Shown here: one piece after another, positions 41,226 through 55,431 of the stretch
Numbering within the stretch: the stretch's first letter is position 1
How the letters are laid out: the number at the start of each line of letters is the position of its first letter
Assembly (NCBI RefSeq): GCF_036321535.1
Contig: NC_087437.1
Location: 103,666,001 to 103,730,000 of the forward strand
Length of the DNA: 64,000 nucleotides
From: Camelus dromedarius
Taxonomy: Eukaryota
Direction of reading: 5' to 3'
Notes under the pieces: model-generated
What the model saw: only the letters and a program-made list of their open reading frames with translations
Told to the model about the DNA's origin: nothing
Databases searched by the model: none
Position numbers and translations under genes: made by a program

Positions 41226-42329
41226 ATGAAGGTATTATAATGTTATTATCCACTAATTTATTTCTATTATCATGTTATTACAAAATCACTCAGCTTTGGA
41301 AAGAAGCATATTTTCAGAGCATGTAAAATACATCTGGAAAATGATTCAAAAATTTAGCAAAATACTTGCAGAAGATTTGTGGAAAACAGTACCATGAAGA
41401 AGTCAAAGAGAGATCTGTTTGTCCTTTTCTTGTTGCTAGTATTTGAATTCTTAAAGAAATAGAATAACTATAGTTAAAACAAATGCTTCCTGCTAAAACT
41501 TGTAAAATACCTTCAGAAATTCATTTAAAATAATGCCACAAATTAATGGAAAAAAGAGAGAAATCATCTAAATACTCACTGAATATTGTCATCAGTGAAT
41601 ATGATTTTCTTTTGGTTTTAAATTTACTATAAATCTAAGTTACAATAACATTTTTTGAAAATGTTATTTGAATATGTCTTAGAGATCACGAAAATATTTA
41701 TTTGTAAGCAAGTACATGTGTGGCATTTAAATACTTCCATGTGCAATAACATATGACAAGTATTTCATCACAATATTCAATAACCTCAATAAAATAAGAA
41801 AGGTCATATATATATAGTTAGTTAATCACTGAATCAGTGATGGCCTTTGTCAAAACATTGCTAAGCTAATAAAATGTAAACAATAAAGAGATTTTCCCCA
41901 ACTTATCCAATAAAAATATGCTGTCTGAATTTCTATTTAACTAAATCTAAAATCTATATATGGCTTAAAGTTTCGTATTGTGAGATTTTTGTTATATTAT
42001 TCCTGCAATTGTGCAATCATCATAGTTGTGATTTGTTTTTTTTAAAGCTTTATTCATGGTTCTCAATTACTTTTGTGTTTTACTAGTCTCATATGGCTGT
42101 GAAAATATTCTCCCTAAATAGTGAGCTTTGAATTACAATATTAATGTGAAATATGATACAGATGTGGCTTCACTCAACATTTTAACTTTACTCATTTGTC
42201 ATTAAAAAGCCAAAATTAATAGGAATAGCATGATATAAATATGAGTAGGATAGAAGAAAAGAAATTATATGGACAACTGAAGCTGTGGCATATTCCAATG
42301 TCCTATATTAAGTGGTGTATTACTTTTAT

Positions 42330-42660
42330 GCTACCAAAGTTGATGGTTATCTCTCAACCCACATCTAACTTGACCAACTGACAGCCTTTGAAAAACTTAA
42401 TCATTCCATTCTATTTTACTTTCTTCATTTAGCTTCCAAAGACAATACTCTTTTGCTTATCCTTAACCTTCACTACCCACTCCCTCCCTTACCTCTACCT
42501 CTTTTGTTGTCTCCTCTTCATCTCTGTAAACTCTATTATTAAAGGGCCTCATCAGTAATTCCACATGCAATGACTCTTCAATTAACACCATTTTTTTATA
42601 GCTTTATAAACCATATATGCTGATGAATATTTTCACCTTTATTTTTTTTTAGTCTGGGCT
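42330..42660 (+). mobile_element. L2 ORF2 fragment
   Basis: ttgaccaactgacagcctttgaaaaacttaatcat, a decayed LDLSAAFDTVDH region. Confidence 0.7.
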
Positions 42661-42722
42661 TTCTGCTTAAAGGATACTGGGAAAACTTGATTTAAAGATG
42701 ATTAGATAGTAAGGATGCCATG

Positions 42723-43217
42723 TGTTGTAGGCAGAATAACGGCATCCAACGATGTTCATTTCCTAATCCCCATAACTTGTGAATATGTTCAGCTGCATGG
42801 TAAATGGAAATTAAAGATGAAGTTGAGGTTGCTAATCAGATGATCTCTAAATACAGAGATAATTCCATATTATTTGGTTGGGCTCAATTTAATCTTGAGC
42901 ATCCTTTAAAATGTGTAGTAGGAAAAGAAAAAGATCAAGGCCAGAATAATGCAATAAACTAAAGACTGGACCAGCCATTGCTTTTAATATGAAGATAAAA
43001 GGCAGCCATGAGACAAGGGATGTGGGCAGACTTATCCCTAGAAAATGAAATGGATTCTTCTCTAGAGTCTCCATAAAGGAATGTAATCCTGCTGACACCT
43101 TGATTTTAGCCCAGTTAAGTCTGCGTTAGAACTTGACCTACAGAACTGTAAGATTATATTATTTTAAGCAATTAAATGTATGATAATATGTTACAGAAGA
43201 AAGAGAAAACTAATAGA
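42723..43217 (+). mobile_element. MaLR solo LTR (MLT1D-like)
   Basis: tgttgtaggcagaataacggc...gctgacaccttgattttagcccag...gacctacagaactgtaagat...gaaaactaata. Confidence 0.92.
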
Positions 43218-43789
43218 CCTAGGAATCCAGAGATGATGTATGGCTCTGGAGAGAATGAAAGAATATTCTCCTCTTGATCTGTTGTATTACAGTCTATGTT
43301 GGTGAAGCCAGAGGTCTCTTCCTCTCCTCTTGAGGAATATTTGTTTACTTTGCAGAGTAAAATGTTCAATGTCTTGCTCACTCTCACTCTCTTGCAAGAA
43401 GCAGGGGAAGTTGTGCTACATCATCAGAGAGTTATGTAAGCTCAGAGTGCTATAATTTTGGAGGTCCTCTTTTGCTGTGCAACCTCGCTACATACAGAGG
43501 GTGACATCATACTTTCATGACATCACTTTGTGGAAGCTGGATCTCAAGAAATCCACATTGAGATGCTCTGTGAGTAATATATGGTCTGTTCTCTGATTCA
43601 GAGAACTTATCTTTCCTGTCAGAAGAAGAAAGCCAGGTAGTGGAGAGGAAGAAGCCATTACCTTTATCCTGAAGACCCCAGTGGAATTTTTATCACATAA
43701 CCAGAAAATTAGATGCTGATGACTCACATGTACAATGAATCTTTGATGATCTCAAGCTCCTATGTGTCACCTCTTTTCTACTTATAATC

Positions 43790-44134
43790 CGTACCATGTG
43801 GCTATCTTCTCAGTATTTACAAGTTGGTTACACAAATTCCATTTTAACATTTCAGAAGGATCTAAGAGACAAGTATGAAGGGCAACATTTTTACATAGAT
43901 GACTTCAGCCTTCTTTATTAGAAATACAATCATTCTTCTGAAATCCCCATCCAGAACCCACTTCATTATTATCATGAGCTAGAACTGTGTTACACAGTTA
44001 CTGTAATTTGGAGGGACCCAGGGAATCAGTTCTTTGTCTTTTTTTTTTTAATCTGGAAAATGTATATTCCAAACAAAATCCTGATTATTTTAGAAAGAAA
44101 ATGGAAATGAGGTAGAAAAGGAGTATCTGTCACA
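43790..44134 (-). mobile_element. Old MaLR LTR fragment (MLT1J/K-like)
   Basis: gctagaactgtgttacacagttactgta...caaacaaaatcctgattatttt...tctgtcaca. Confidence 0.5.
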
Positions 44135-44534
44135 TTCAATAATGTGTTAGCCTAGTTCTGCTTTTTTTTTTTCTTTAGTCACCCTCATTACAAAGAATCC
44201 CCAATGGTTCTAAGTCTGATGAAGTTCTCATCAGAACATCCTCTTGTGAGATAGACTAAGAATTATCTATCAGTCATTGATACAAAAATACGAGCAGGTA
44301 CTTCAAACTCTATGTGGTGAGAGCTCGCAACATACCCATTCTTCTCGCTAGTCTCTTGCCAATCTATGTGGCAACATCAGTTCAAATTTCTGTGAAGTTT
44401 TAGTCATACCATTGTCTCCTCAAATCTTGAAACAAGAAACCTTAGGAGGAGACTTTGGTCCTATTTTTGGAAACCTCTACCAAGTAATCAAGGAGCAAAT
44501 TTATTAACTTGACAGATAAGACATCTGCTGACTG

Positions 44535-44985
44535 CGGGCGCATCTCAGAGATACTGAGGGTTTAGTTCCAGACCACTGAAAGAAAGTGAATACAGCAATA
44601 AAGCAAGTCTCATGAATTTTGTTGGTTTCCCAGTGCATATAAAAGTTATTTCAACACTATACTGTAGTCCATTAAGTGTGCAGTCACATTATGGTTTAAA
44701 AAAACCCAATACACAGACCTTAATTTAAAAATATTTTATTGCTAAAAAATGCTAACCATCACCTGAACCTTCCACAAGTTGTAATTCTTCTGCTGGTAGA
44801 GGTTTTGAAATACTTTGAGAATAACCAAAATGTGACATGGAGACATGAAGTGAGCACATGCCCTTGGGAAAAAATGGTGCTGATAGACTTGTTTGTTGCA
44901 GGGTTGCCAAAAACTTTCCATCTGTAAAATACACAGTATCTGCAAAGAGCGATAAACCAAAGTGTAATAAAATGAGGTATGCCTG
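44535..44985 (-). mobile_element. Internally deleted Tigger1 (non-autonomous, about 450 bp) with both termini
   Basis: Right TIR gaggtatgcctg followed by TA; degenerate left TIR cgggcgcatctc; gtttcccagtgcatataaaagtt body. Confidence 0.92.
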
Positions 44986-45289
44986 TAATTATTTCCATTC
45001 TGTTCTTTTTATGGTCTCATGATCTTTCAATGGGATAAAGGCAACCAATGCCTTTCTCATGTACTGCTTTGATTTTACATTTTTTGTCAGTTAATTTTTC
45101 ATCAATATGGCTTCCACAGTTAATTTTTCTAGATGATTTCAAGTCTCTTCTCTATGCCAAGTACTACAGAGGCTCTCAATTTTGGTGTTTATAATAATGT
45201 CATTCCTCTCTTCAGTATAAAGAATAAGGCTCATTGCATTTTTGCTTCAGTTTATGTTTTCAGTCCCATCTGCTGCCTCCCTCTCCCAG

Positions 45290-45650
45290 CCACAACCAAT
45301 TACTTTGCACTCCAGCCATAGCCACTGGATGCTCTTCCCAGCACCCATTCTGACGTTCAAGGCCTCCATTTTTCTACCCACGTACTGTTCTTTGGTTGGC
45401 ATTTCTTTCACAAAGGTCACCTTTCCTCTCGGCCATCTGTGAGATCCTCGTCAGACATAACTGTCTTCCTTTCTAGCAGGCTTACAAGCATATTGTAATC
45501 ATTCTATCAGTTATTTCTACAGCTGTCTGTCTCTATCCCAAGGCTAGTCAATTCTTAATCCAAGCACATCAGATTCAAATTCCCATCATCTTTGTATCAG
45601 AAGTGCCCAAGTACATGGCCTGGCAAACAGTAGCTACTCCATAAAATACA
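45290..45650 (+). mobile_element. L2 3' end
   Basis: catctttgtatcagaagtgcccaagtacatggcctggcaaacagtagctactccataaaata. Confidence 0.75.
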
Positions 45651-47449
45651 GTTTCAGGACGGGTGATATCATAAGTACAGATACAGAGTTATGAGAGTTC
45701 AGAGGACAAACATTTCCAGTTAATAGTAATTAAGAATGTGGCATTATTTCTTTTCTTGCCTCTCTGATATTAGACATATTTCAATAGATAAAATCATAAT
45801 CCAACTAGTTAAACAAGTAAAGGCAAAGGATTTTGAAACTATAATTTAAGTCTAGAGGAGAAAAAAAGAAAAAAATCCAGCTGGGAAAAAGCTAAAAGGA
45901 ATGAAAGGTAAAATAAGACCATACTTGCGCGCACACACACACCCACCCCCCCACACACATTAGATTACTGAGTTTAGATATAGAAGCTATTTCAGGTTTT
46001 TCTATGCAGAATAATGTGACCAGGAATGCTTTTAAGCCAGCTAAATCTCAAAAGAAGAAAATCAACATAAGTATACGAGATTTCAAATTAACAAGATAGG
46101 CGTATTACTTTTTTTACTTATTTTATATTAAAAATTATTTCCTTGGCAAGAAAACATGGATATATGGTAAAGAGATAGCATCATTTAAAAAAATTTTAAA
46201 GCCACATAATTTCCTTATTTGAAATATTTACCATAAAGGATTCTTCTATACTATCCTTCTTATTTTATCAGGAATATTTTATATTTTAAATGTCATTTCT
46301 GAGAAAACGTGCAGGTTAAAAAGAACGTCGGGTAGAAGCATCCAAGGTCACACATGTGACCATATCCTTGCATTCTACTTTGCTTTTCTGTGCTATGGTG
46401 ATTAATAGCTATAAAAATGAATAGTATTATTACTTTTGATAATGACATCAAGGCAGTTTGATAAGAATATGGAAATGCATGACATTTTGTGACAGACATT
46501 TGATCTAGGAGCCTTTATTCGTTCCTCTTTCAATAAGTGTACTGCATTATTTACATATTTAGTGTAAAGATAATAAGTTTTCTCTATGACAAAACTCTTT
46601 CGGTAATTTATCCATAATTGAATTGGGCTCTTAGTTGGTATCTTGTGTGTGTGCGAGTTTACATAGTTTAGCATCCTTGTATTATACTGCATGGGTTACT
46701 GCTTTAAAAAATTATGCACCAAGGAGATAAATGTCAAGCTCAAGAAGTTCAGATTCATAATTAAACCACCTGCCTTTCTTTTCATACATGGCACATAACA
46801 AATGGCCCTTTCATTTTTAACCAACACAGTGCTTCCTATTAAATTTGACTAGCTTCTCCTTAGCTTTAATATTACTTACCTGCTTAGTGCTCCTTAGTCT
46901 TAAAAAAAACTAATAACAAATATATAATATGCTTCTTTTTGGAAGATGTGATCATTTCAGGCATGTGATTGTTTCAGGTGTTTGATATTTTTCCGATTGC
47001 TGGGGGTGTTGTGTATGAAAAGTGACTGGACCCGTTAGCTGAATGCCACATTGTTCTTTAGGAATGATTTGAGAATGGGAAATAATTATTTAAGTTGAGA
47101 CATACCAATAATTTAGACAAACTGTCAGAAGCTATTCCATGTATTTTATGTAAATCTTAGACACCCCTCCAGTTTCAATAAGAGCTTAATTGAGTGACTG
47201 AAATACTACCCTTATTTATTTTAATCACATGGGATTCAAGGATATGAGAATTATAGCATTATTTTCTATGTGCTAGAAGGTAAAATCTTTTAGAGAATGT
47301 GTAATAAGTTATTTTCATACAAGCAGCATTGGCCTCATCAAGCCTGGGAATAACCTGTTCCTACAGTCATTGAGTGCAGTAACATTAATCTATCAATTTG
47401 TCAGTTTCATCCATGAAGTGAAATTGGGAAATAAATACACGAAGTATAT

Positions 47450-48025
47450 ATTGTCTGTGTTTTGGCTTCCTTGCATCCTTTGAGGAACTGCCTCTCCATT
47501 TCTCCATGTAATTAGGCTGATGCTATCAATCTCATGCTCTTGCCTTTCATGGCATAAAGATGCATATGAGACCCAGGCTGGCCTATCTTGTGTGCATCCT
47601 ATCTCCTTGGATACATTGATTGTACCGGTAAGTCAGGCAGGGCCAGAATTCTTTTCCTGATGGAGTGCTAAAGATGCCATATGTCTAAAGGGACAAAGGA
47701 CACTTTCACAAACAATGTGGAACAAATTGCCTGAAAGAGAACAGTGCAGAAAAATTCAGAGCTGAAACAGAGAAAAGTTTTAGGGTGTGCCTTTGTGAGA
47801 ATGCGTAGGTAGTCATGTGTGTGCGTGTATGTATAAATGTGTATAAAAGTTTAGCTGAAGGGCAAACATTCAATGATACTATTTGATTTGAATTTCATTT
47901 GGAATAAAGCCCCTTTGGCTTTCCTTCATGAGCCAAGGTGGCTTTTCTTTTTTTGGTCTTATTTTATTTCAAATGTTTTTAGAAGTTGGTTTGAGTTAAT
48001 ATCTATTACTAGCAAACGTCACTAA
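47450..48025 (+). mobile_element. Old MaLR LTR (MLT1K/L-like)
   Basis: gaggaactgcctctcc...catatgagacccaggctggccta. Confidence 0.55.
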
Positions 48026-48362
48026 TTGGGACTCATGTTCCCAATTCAATAGAATATTTTAAAGAATGTCTAAAAATTAAATGGCTATAACAATAGTATT
48101 TTTTATATAAAGTGAAACTGTACTACAAAAATACTAATTTAGTTTATCTCCTAAATGTCATTGAAAGAATATTTTTGTTTCAGAATATATATTTACATGT
48201 TTCTTCCTTTTAATGTCACTTTAGAATTACCAATTTTGCCCTAAGTGCATTATACATATGCATATATAATATAAATATATATACATATATATTAAAGACA
48301 TGTAGATAGAGCTGTATATACATTGATTAGATACAACATATCTAATATATTTATATAATATA

Positions 48363-48630
48363 TAGTTGACCCTCCATATCTTCAGATTCAGTATTTATGG
48401 GTTCAACCAACCATAAATTGAAAATATTCAAAAAGAAAGAAATTCCCAAAGTTTCAAAAAGTAAAACTTGAATTGGCTGCAGGCTAGCAACTATTTACAT
48501 AGCACTGACATTGTATTTACAGCTACTAATATGCACAGCATTTTCACTGTATGAGATATTATATGGAATCTAGACATGATTTTGAAGTATACAAGAAGAC
48601 ATGCATGGGTTATACGTAAATACAATTTTA
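48363..48630 (-). mobile_element. MER2/MER2B Tigger MITE, truncated
   Basis: agttgaccctccatatc...ttcaaccaacc...caactatttacatagca...atctagacatgattttgaagtata. Confidence 0.85.
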
Positions 48631-48634
48631 TCAC

Positions 48635-49050
48635 ATTTTAGCACAAATCCTGCTAAATCATTTTAGCCAGAATCTCTCTTCCTCAATATCTTATCACCAT
48701 TGATATCGGATCATGTTTCTTATCCTCCAGCATCTTCCAGGTCACATCTGATCACCCTGACCTGCCTTCAGCAAGAATCTTGTGAATTCAGTTAGGCCAA
48801 AATCCTGTTACCTCTAATGTTTCCTCTGAATAGTTTTTTATTCCCTGACCTCCCCCTACCCCATCTTGCTCCTTGGCTATAAAATCTCCACTTTTTCTTG
48901 TTATACTGGAGGGAAGCCCAGTCTCTCTCCTTACTGACTGCAGAACTCCATTGCAGTGTTCCCTCCACCTGCTGCAACAGGCCCTTTAAATAAAGTCTGC
49001 CTTAACCATTTCTTAACAAGCGTCAGAACTATTATTTTATTTTCTTTAAT
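48635..49050 (+). mobile_element. ERV1 solo LTR (MER31-like)
   Basis: tctgatcaccctgacctgccttcagcaagaatc; TATA ggctataaaa near 48878; AATAAA near 48989. Confidence 0.85.
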
Positions 49051-49149
49051 AACACATACACATATATATAAAATCAAGAAGCATGTTATGAAGAATGTAT
49101 TATATCACTATGCTCTGGAAACAAGAAATTATAGGTGAGGCCCAAAAGA

Positions 49150-50015
49150 ATTCATGAGAGAAAGACAGATAAACACATGACTTTAAAAGTGTAATACTCT
49201 ATGTGTTATTCTATTACTCTGGAGGAAAAGGGGTATCAGAGTATTCGTCCCTCAAAATATCACGGTTAATCTAAAGGTGAAAACATCTGTTCAGATTCAC
49301 GTGGCTAAAATAGAGGCTATGGATGGCAGAGGGCATTCCAAGCATGAAGGACAATTGCAAATATAGAAATGTGCAGCAGAAAACAATGACTCAGGAAAAT
49401 AGAATCTAGCAATGAATCCAAAGGATAAAATTTTTAGAACGGAGGGTCCAAATTATGAAGTATTTTGCAGGTTATATTGAAGCAATTGGGAAACACAGAA
49501 TATTTTTGAACAAATACAGTATGATACATTTTGCAATGTAGGAGCAGCATACTGGTGACAGTTCTGACAATTATTAACCTTGATTAAGACTGAAGGCCAG
49601 GAAATCAGGTTTAAATTGGTAGTGATGATAAGGATGAGAAAATTGTTTTCTGAGATATTTTAGAAGATAAATGGATAGAACCTGGCATTCACTTAAAAAA
49701 TGATCAGTAGAAAATCTAAATTTTCAGCAATTATTCAGATGGCAGCATCATTCATTAAAACAAAGAAATACTGAAAAAGAAGGAGGTGGGCGAGGCAGGA
49801 GGCCAAGAATCTGGGTTTGGGCATGTTCATCAGGGTACCTGAAAGTCAGCAGGGCACCCATGATGGCTGGAGCAACAGGAATGGAGGTCTTTAAGAGAAT
49901 GTATAATCTTCCAAGGAGTTGGAAAGGCCTCACCAAAAGGAACTATCAGTGACTTTGGAGGAGAACCAGGACATAGCAGAAGACTGCAATCGAAGGCGGT
50001 TACAGAAAGAAAGCA
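49150..50015 (-). mobile_element. L2 fragments
   Basis: gggcattccaagc, ttctgagatattttagaagataaatggatagaacctgg. Confidence 0.6.
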
Positions 50016-50020
50016 GTCAT

Positions 50021-50531
50021 CAGGACGGTCTCAGGACAGGATGCCTAATACGGCACGTTGGCGTGTTGAATATTTTAAGCTGAAGGAGTTTGACAAACCT
50101 GCCAAAGTGGGAAGGTTGATTTGGCCCCCTCTCTCCTTATCTCCTGAAACAGGTCATAAAACCCTCATGTGAGAGGGGCCCTTCTTATACTGGAAGAAAG
50201 GAGCACCCTTATCTCTGAAGGCAAAGGGACACAGAGAAGAATCCTAACAAACCGGGCTTGCTAAATTTCCCCCAGCTTACAGCATTTACCTTCTACTCTT
50301 TAACCTGTCATATTCTTCAAAACTATCCAATATTCATCAAACCTAGCAGGAAATATTCAAGCTTAACTCTTTCTTTGGGCCGTCATTTCCTTATGAAGTT
50401 TCCCATGTCACTTAAAACTTAATATTAAAAGCATTTGTACACTTTTCTCCTGTTCACCTGTCTTTGTCAATTGATTTTTCACATCCAACCAGGAACCTTG
50501 AGGATGGAGGTAAATATTTTCTTCCCCTATA
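50021..50531 (+). mobile_element. ERV1 solo LTR (MER34/MER39-like)
   Basis: gaatattttaagctgaaggag...caggtcataaaaccctcat...ttttctcctgttcacctgtctttgtca...ttttcttcccctata. Confidence 0.85.
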
Positions 50532-53479
50532 ATCCCCATTGTTAAATACTGGGGATAAGCCATCGATTGTTTTGTTGATAAATATAGTACACCAATGAGG
50601 TAATAAATCATCTTAGTAACAGCATTTTTTTTTTTGAAAATTTGTGAAGAGGCAGCCATTTTGTAGTGTTGCGAGGGGGTAAATGGGAACGGTTCCATTT
50701 AGTAAACGTTCAGTTTGAGGGGATATCAGGAACGTTGCTAATGTGGATATTATGCACCTGCTGTGCAGATTAAGGAGAAAAGGAATACATTCTTCCTGTG
50801 CACCTGTGGAGTAGTGGAGAGAATAATACCAACATAAATAAATAAATAAGAAAGATTCAACAGATGAAGTTTCTCCATGAGAATGGAAATATAGTTTGTG
50901 CTTAAAGACACTCTAAAAACATTTTGATGAACATACTTTTGAGCACTTTAAGGAAGAAGCATTTTCTATGAAAGAGCGGTGACAGCATTTGTTGTGACAG
51001 TGTTTATGTACCTGTATATAATATCAAGCAATTAAACATAGAAAAGCTTTTACACAATAACTAGCTTCACTTATTCCCAGAAAAAAAAATCTATTTTGGC
51101 AGAGATTATAATTGGATTTTACACTAATTTGGGAAAAACGTGAAGAATCATTACAGTTGTTAGAAATCTGATTTTTTTTTCCATCTTAAAGTGAGTCATC
51201 ATGGACAGAGACAAACCAAAGTCCTAAGAAGCCCTAAGTGACCAGTTGATGTCATCTGAGTCTGTGGTAGGGATACAAGGAAAGCAGATCAATGGATTAT
51301 TATTTTTTTTTTCTGTAAAGTTCAAGTAGATAAATAAGAACTTTTGCATGATGCCATTTGAAAGCCAAGATGAAATGAGGAAAAGTATGAGGAAAAAGTA
51401 TATATATGTATAAGAGAAATGAAACCGTATCTCCTTATATTTAAAACTACATTTGTTAAATATAAAGATACAGATGCAGCGGTCAAAAAGCAGTCAGAAG
51501 TGCTGTAAGGATCTTCTTGTCACAAATTCTTCTTTTCCTCCCTGCCTCCACTAAGCAGAAAACAGTGTCATTGTTTTCCCTCCAAAGTGAACAAGTTAAT
51601 TTTTTTTAATCTTAGAAAGGAGTAATTATATTACTAGAGCACCCAACGTTGTTTGTGACTCACACAGGTTGTCTTCTGCTGTGTTTCAATTGCAAATTCC
51701 TTCATACAGAAATAAATATTTGAGTGTCTAATAAGATCAGATTTTTTTCTAGGCACAAAAGGCCTCAGTCATATATATATATGCGAAACCCCTGCCCTTA
51801 CTGAAGACATTCTTTAGTAATCGTATAATGGTTATAAGAAATGTTATAATACATATAATAAAAGTAATAGGATAGTGATAATTATTACTCATCTTTTTTT
51901 TCATTTCAGTAAATACTTTTTCTAGGTTCTGTTAACTTATATATTGCTATAAAAGAGTAGTTTTGCAGTCAGAACAAAAGCTAAGGATTATAATATGGTA
52001 AATATGGAAATAGAGAAAAATACATTTTGCTAGACAAATATATTTTTAACTGCTATTCAGTTTTTTTTAGAAAACTCAACTGAACTTAAATAAATTTTTC
52101 ATATTCAATTTAATTGAGTTTATTTAAGACCAGGTGTCTGCTAGGCCTCTCATTTAATGGTCTACTTGTTTTTTCCACCTGAGAGAGTTTTTTCTTCAAG
52201 TGCTTTGCCAAGACCCAATGTATTTTTTTAGGTATAGTCGGCTCTTGATTGTCTCCTGGGATTACTACATTATAGATTATCTGGAGCGAATCTTGTTTTT
52301 TAGGATTTACTGACATTGCTATTGTCTCTACTTGCAATTAAGTCATTTCCTGACATTCAGGCTGTTCCTCTAGCTGGTAAGGTATGTTTCAAAAGTCAAA
52401 CTATTTTCTGACTGTGTTTAACATTTGAAATAACAGTCACTATATTTCAATGTTTTCCAATATGTCAGGTGATGTATTCATCAACCCAAAAAGGAAGATA
52501 ACACATCCAAATGTTTAACTGCCATATTCAGTTCTAAGTCCTTACAATCCAGAATGATGGGAATCACTGAAAGATGCAAGATCACAGAAGAGAAGATATG
52601 CAAATAGTCTTCTTCACCTTGGTTTGTGAGAAGGAAGTGAGGGAATCACAGAGACACTGGTACAGCCATTTTGATTCTTTGCTCAAATCTTTTCCACCAA
52701 CTACCTAATTTTTTAAATTAATTTTAAAATAAATAAAATATTTCATTCCATACTTATATATAACACTTTAAAACAAATATTTGTTATCAAGAAATGTTCA
52801 TCTCCAAAAATCAGGCAAAATTCTAAGCCTCTTAAGCTAGCACTCTTGCGAGAAAAATAAGACACCCATTTCTCTCTGCTTTTTTAACTCTGCTTTCCCT
52901 GGTCTTCATAAGCCTGTGGATACAAAAGAGTTCACACACAATGTGTAGTCACAGCTGCCAGCTTAAGATTAACCTTATCTTCATCACTGTAGACATGATA
53001 TTCTTATAAAAATCACACACAGCCTTTTGTTCTTTCCTGACATCTCCAGAGTTACCCATACTTGCTCATGAACAAATTCTATAACATTCTTTTGAAATGA
53101 ATCCCCTTAATGTTAGAATAGATGTTGCAAAAATAACACTCCCAAATCATTTAATTTGCTTGCTACTCTCCATTGCTTTGGAATATCATAGTTATGATAT
53201 CTTTTGGATTCTTCTAATTATCTAACTTTTCAAGCCTTTGCTCATCATTGCCTGCTTTTTGAATTTTTATTAGACTGCAGTTATTTAAACATTTCTTTAC
53301 AGTGTTTCTAGTGATGCTTAAGTCTACATCATCAATCAGTAGATAAGTAAAATAGAAGAAAATTCTGTGATTAATCCATATGATTCAAATATGACATAAT
53401 TAACATAATTATCTTAAGTCTTCATAAATGTTTAACTAGGGCTATGAGACAGAGATGACAGAGACCTATTTTTCTATAG

Positions 53480-53910
53480 CAGTTGGGAGAAATCTTTTTT
53501 TCTCATGAATGTTTGGGAAAAGACATTCCATTAAGGAGGAAGGAAAAAATGAGAAGGCTAGGACAGTGAAAGTATGATTGTATTACATAAGTTGGTCTGA
53601 TTGAAGAAATCAGACAGTTAGAGGGGACAAAGTGCAGTGGTAGAGGGATGTTAGTAGAGGAGGAAGGTGGAGGAGTGGGTATCAACTTGGTCCTGAAGGA
53701 TGTGCTCAATTATGGCAAGGATTTTAAATGGTAGCAAATGGGCAAAGATGCAGGGCTACTTAATAGTGACAAAACTGGTTTATATTTCAAAAAGATAACT
53801 CTTGCTGCTATGTGGAGAATGTTGAAAAGGAAGAGTGGAATCATAAAGACTGGTCTGAAGCCGCTGCAGGGGAATGCACAGGACTGAATTAGTTTAATGA
53901 TGGATGAGAA
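53480..53910 (-). mobile_element. L2 fragment
   Basis: atggcaaggattttaa...tttcaaaaagataactcttgctgctatgtggagaatg. Confidence 0.75.
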
Positions 53911-54329
53911 AATACATATACACACTTCTCCCCACAAAAAGTCACATTACTGGCAAGAGCTAAACTATAACTTTTCGAAAAGGAAAAGGGAAAAACACAC
54001 ATTCTCCAGAATTATTGACTTTCCTTTATTTGAAGAAACTGAACAACACTGGGCATAGTGTTTTAAAATGAATAATTATGGATGAAGAATTCAAGAAGTA
54101 GACATCTTCCTAACCCCAAGAATAAAAGATTTGCTGAATCGATTATGTTACTGGATTTAACCCTTTACCTTTTCCTGAACCTGCATCATTCAGCATGGAA
54201 CCTTAAACGTACTCTAAACTGGGGCAGAGTCTTCTGCACCAACTCTGGTCTCTGGGTTCAGTCAAAGTCAAGTGTCTCACTTTGGAATGTTAATAAATAG
54301 AACACAATAGAGACAAGAAAAAGCACTTG

Positions 54330-54585
54330 AGTATTTCTGCTTCTGCTCCTGCCCTTTGCTATACCCACACTAGTCCCAGGTGAAGTATGAGAAATACATG
54401 AACTAGCATGTGTCTTAGGTAAAGCCATCACAGATCGATAAAAATACTACCAACACTCAGCAGAGCCCCCTAGACAACATAATCCCTTCAGATCCTGAGC
54501 TAAGTAAAAGTTTACTGCCCTATGTACGTAAAGTTGCATGATTGTTAGTTATGCAACAATAGTGTGGCAATATATAATTGATAAG
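54330..54585 (+). mobile_element. MaLR LTR 3' part (MLT1H-like)
   Basis: gattgttagttatgcaacaatagtgtggcaatatataattgata. Confidence 0.6.
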
Positions 54586-55431
54586 GAAACAGCCATGTGA
54601 GTTTGCAAAATAATTGTAGGTAGAGAAGTTCTTTGAAAGGACACTAATCCATTTTAAGGTCTGGAATATTAGCATTTGGAAGTCTTAGTTATGAAAAATA
54701 TCTTTACATCCATAGACTTATGGATTCAAATAGAAAAGAGGATTAAATTCCCACTTCTCCCTTGGAACCCTGGGGGAAGTCATCTTCAAAATGGAAAACT
54801 CTAGGAGATATAAAGGAGTCAAGAACAAGCAGGACAGAGAGCCTTGGAGCTGGTAAACTCCACATCCTTCCCTGACTCTTCTCCCCTCTTCCATTGTGCT
54901 CACTACCACCCTGTTCTGCTCTTACCAACCATAAAAGGGATTCCAGAGTCCTGTGTACCCCCAAAGAGGAACACAGGTGAAAGCTCAACTAAATGTTCAT
55001 GCCAAAGTGTTTCTGTTTCTGGCTTAGTCTCCCGTTTTCTCCTCCTACTCCACCCTCCCCCTCCCATTTCCCTCTGCACTCTCCTCCACTGGGCTCTGTG
55101 CTCTGGGACCATGACGTGTATTCTGCCTAAGCTTTCTTGGCTGTATATCCTGGTCTGATAGGGCTATGAGAGTGACTATCAGGATGTTGGCAGAAGAGGC
55201 AACAGGTGATGAATATTCAGTGCCTGATACGTTACTGGTGGGCTAGGGTAGACAGCTTCTAGGTTTTTATATAGAAGCCACAGCATCTTGGGGGAAGTTA
55301 TTTTTTACAACCATATCTCTCTCTACTCAAGCTCACTCTGAGAAAACCTTCCTCAACTGAGACTACAGAGTTATCTGAGTGCTTGGAAGCTAAAGATTCA
55401 AAGGAGCAGAAAAGTAGGAGTAATATAATAG

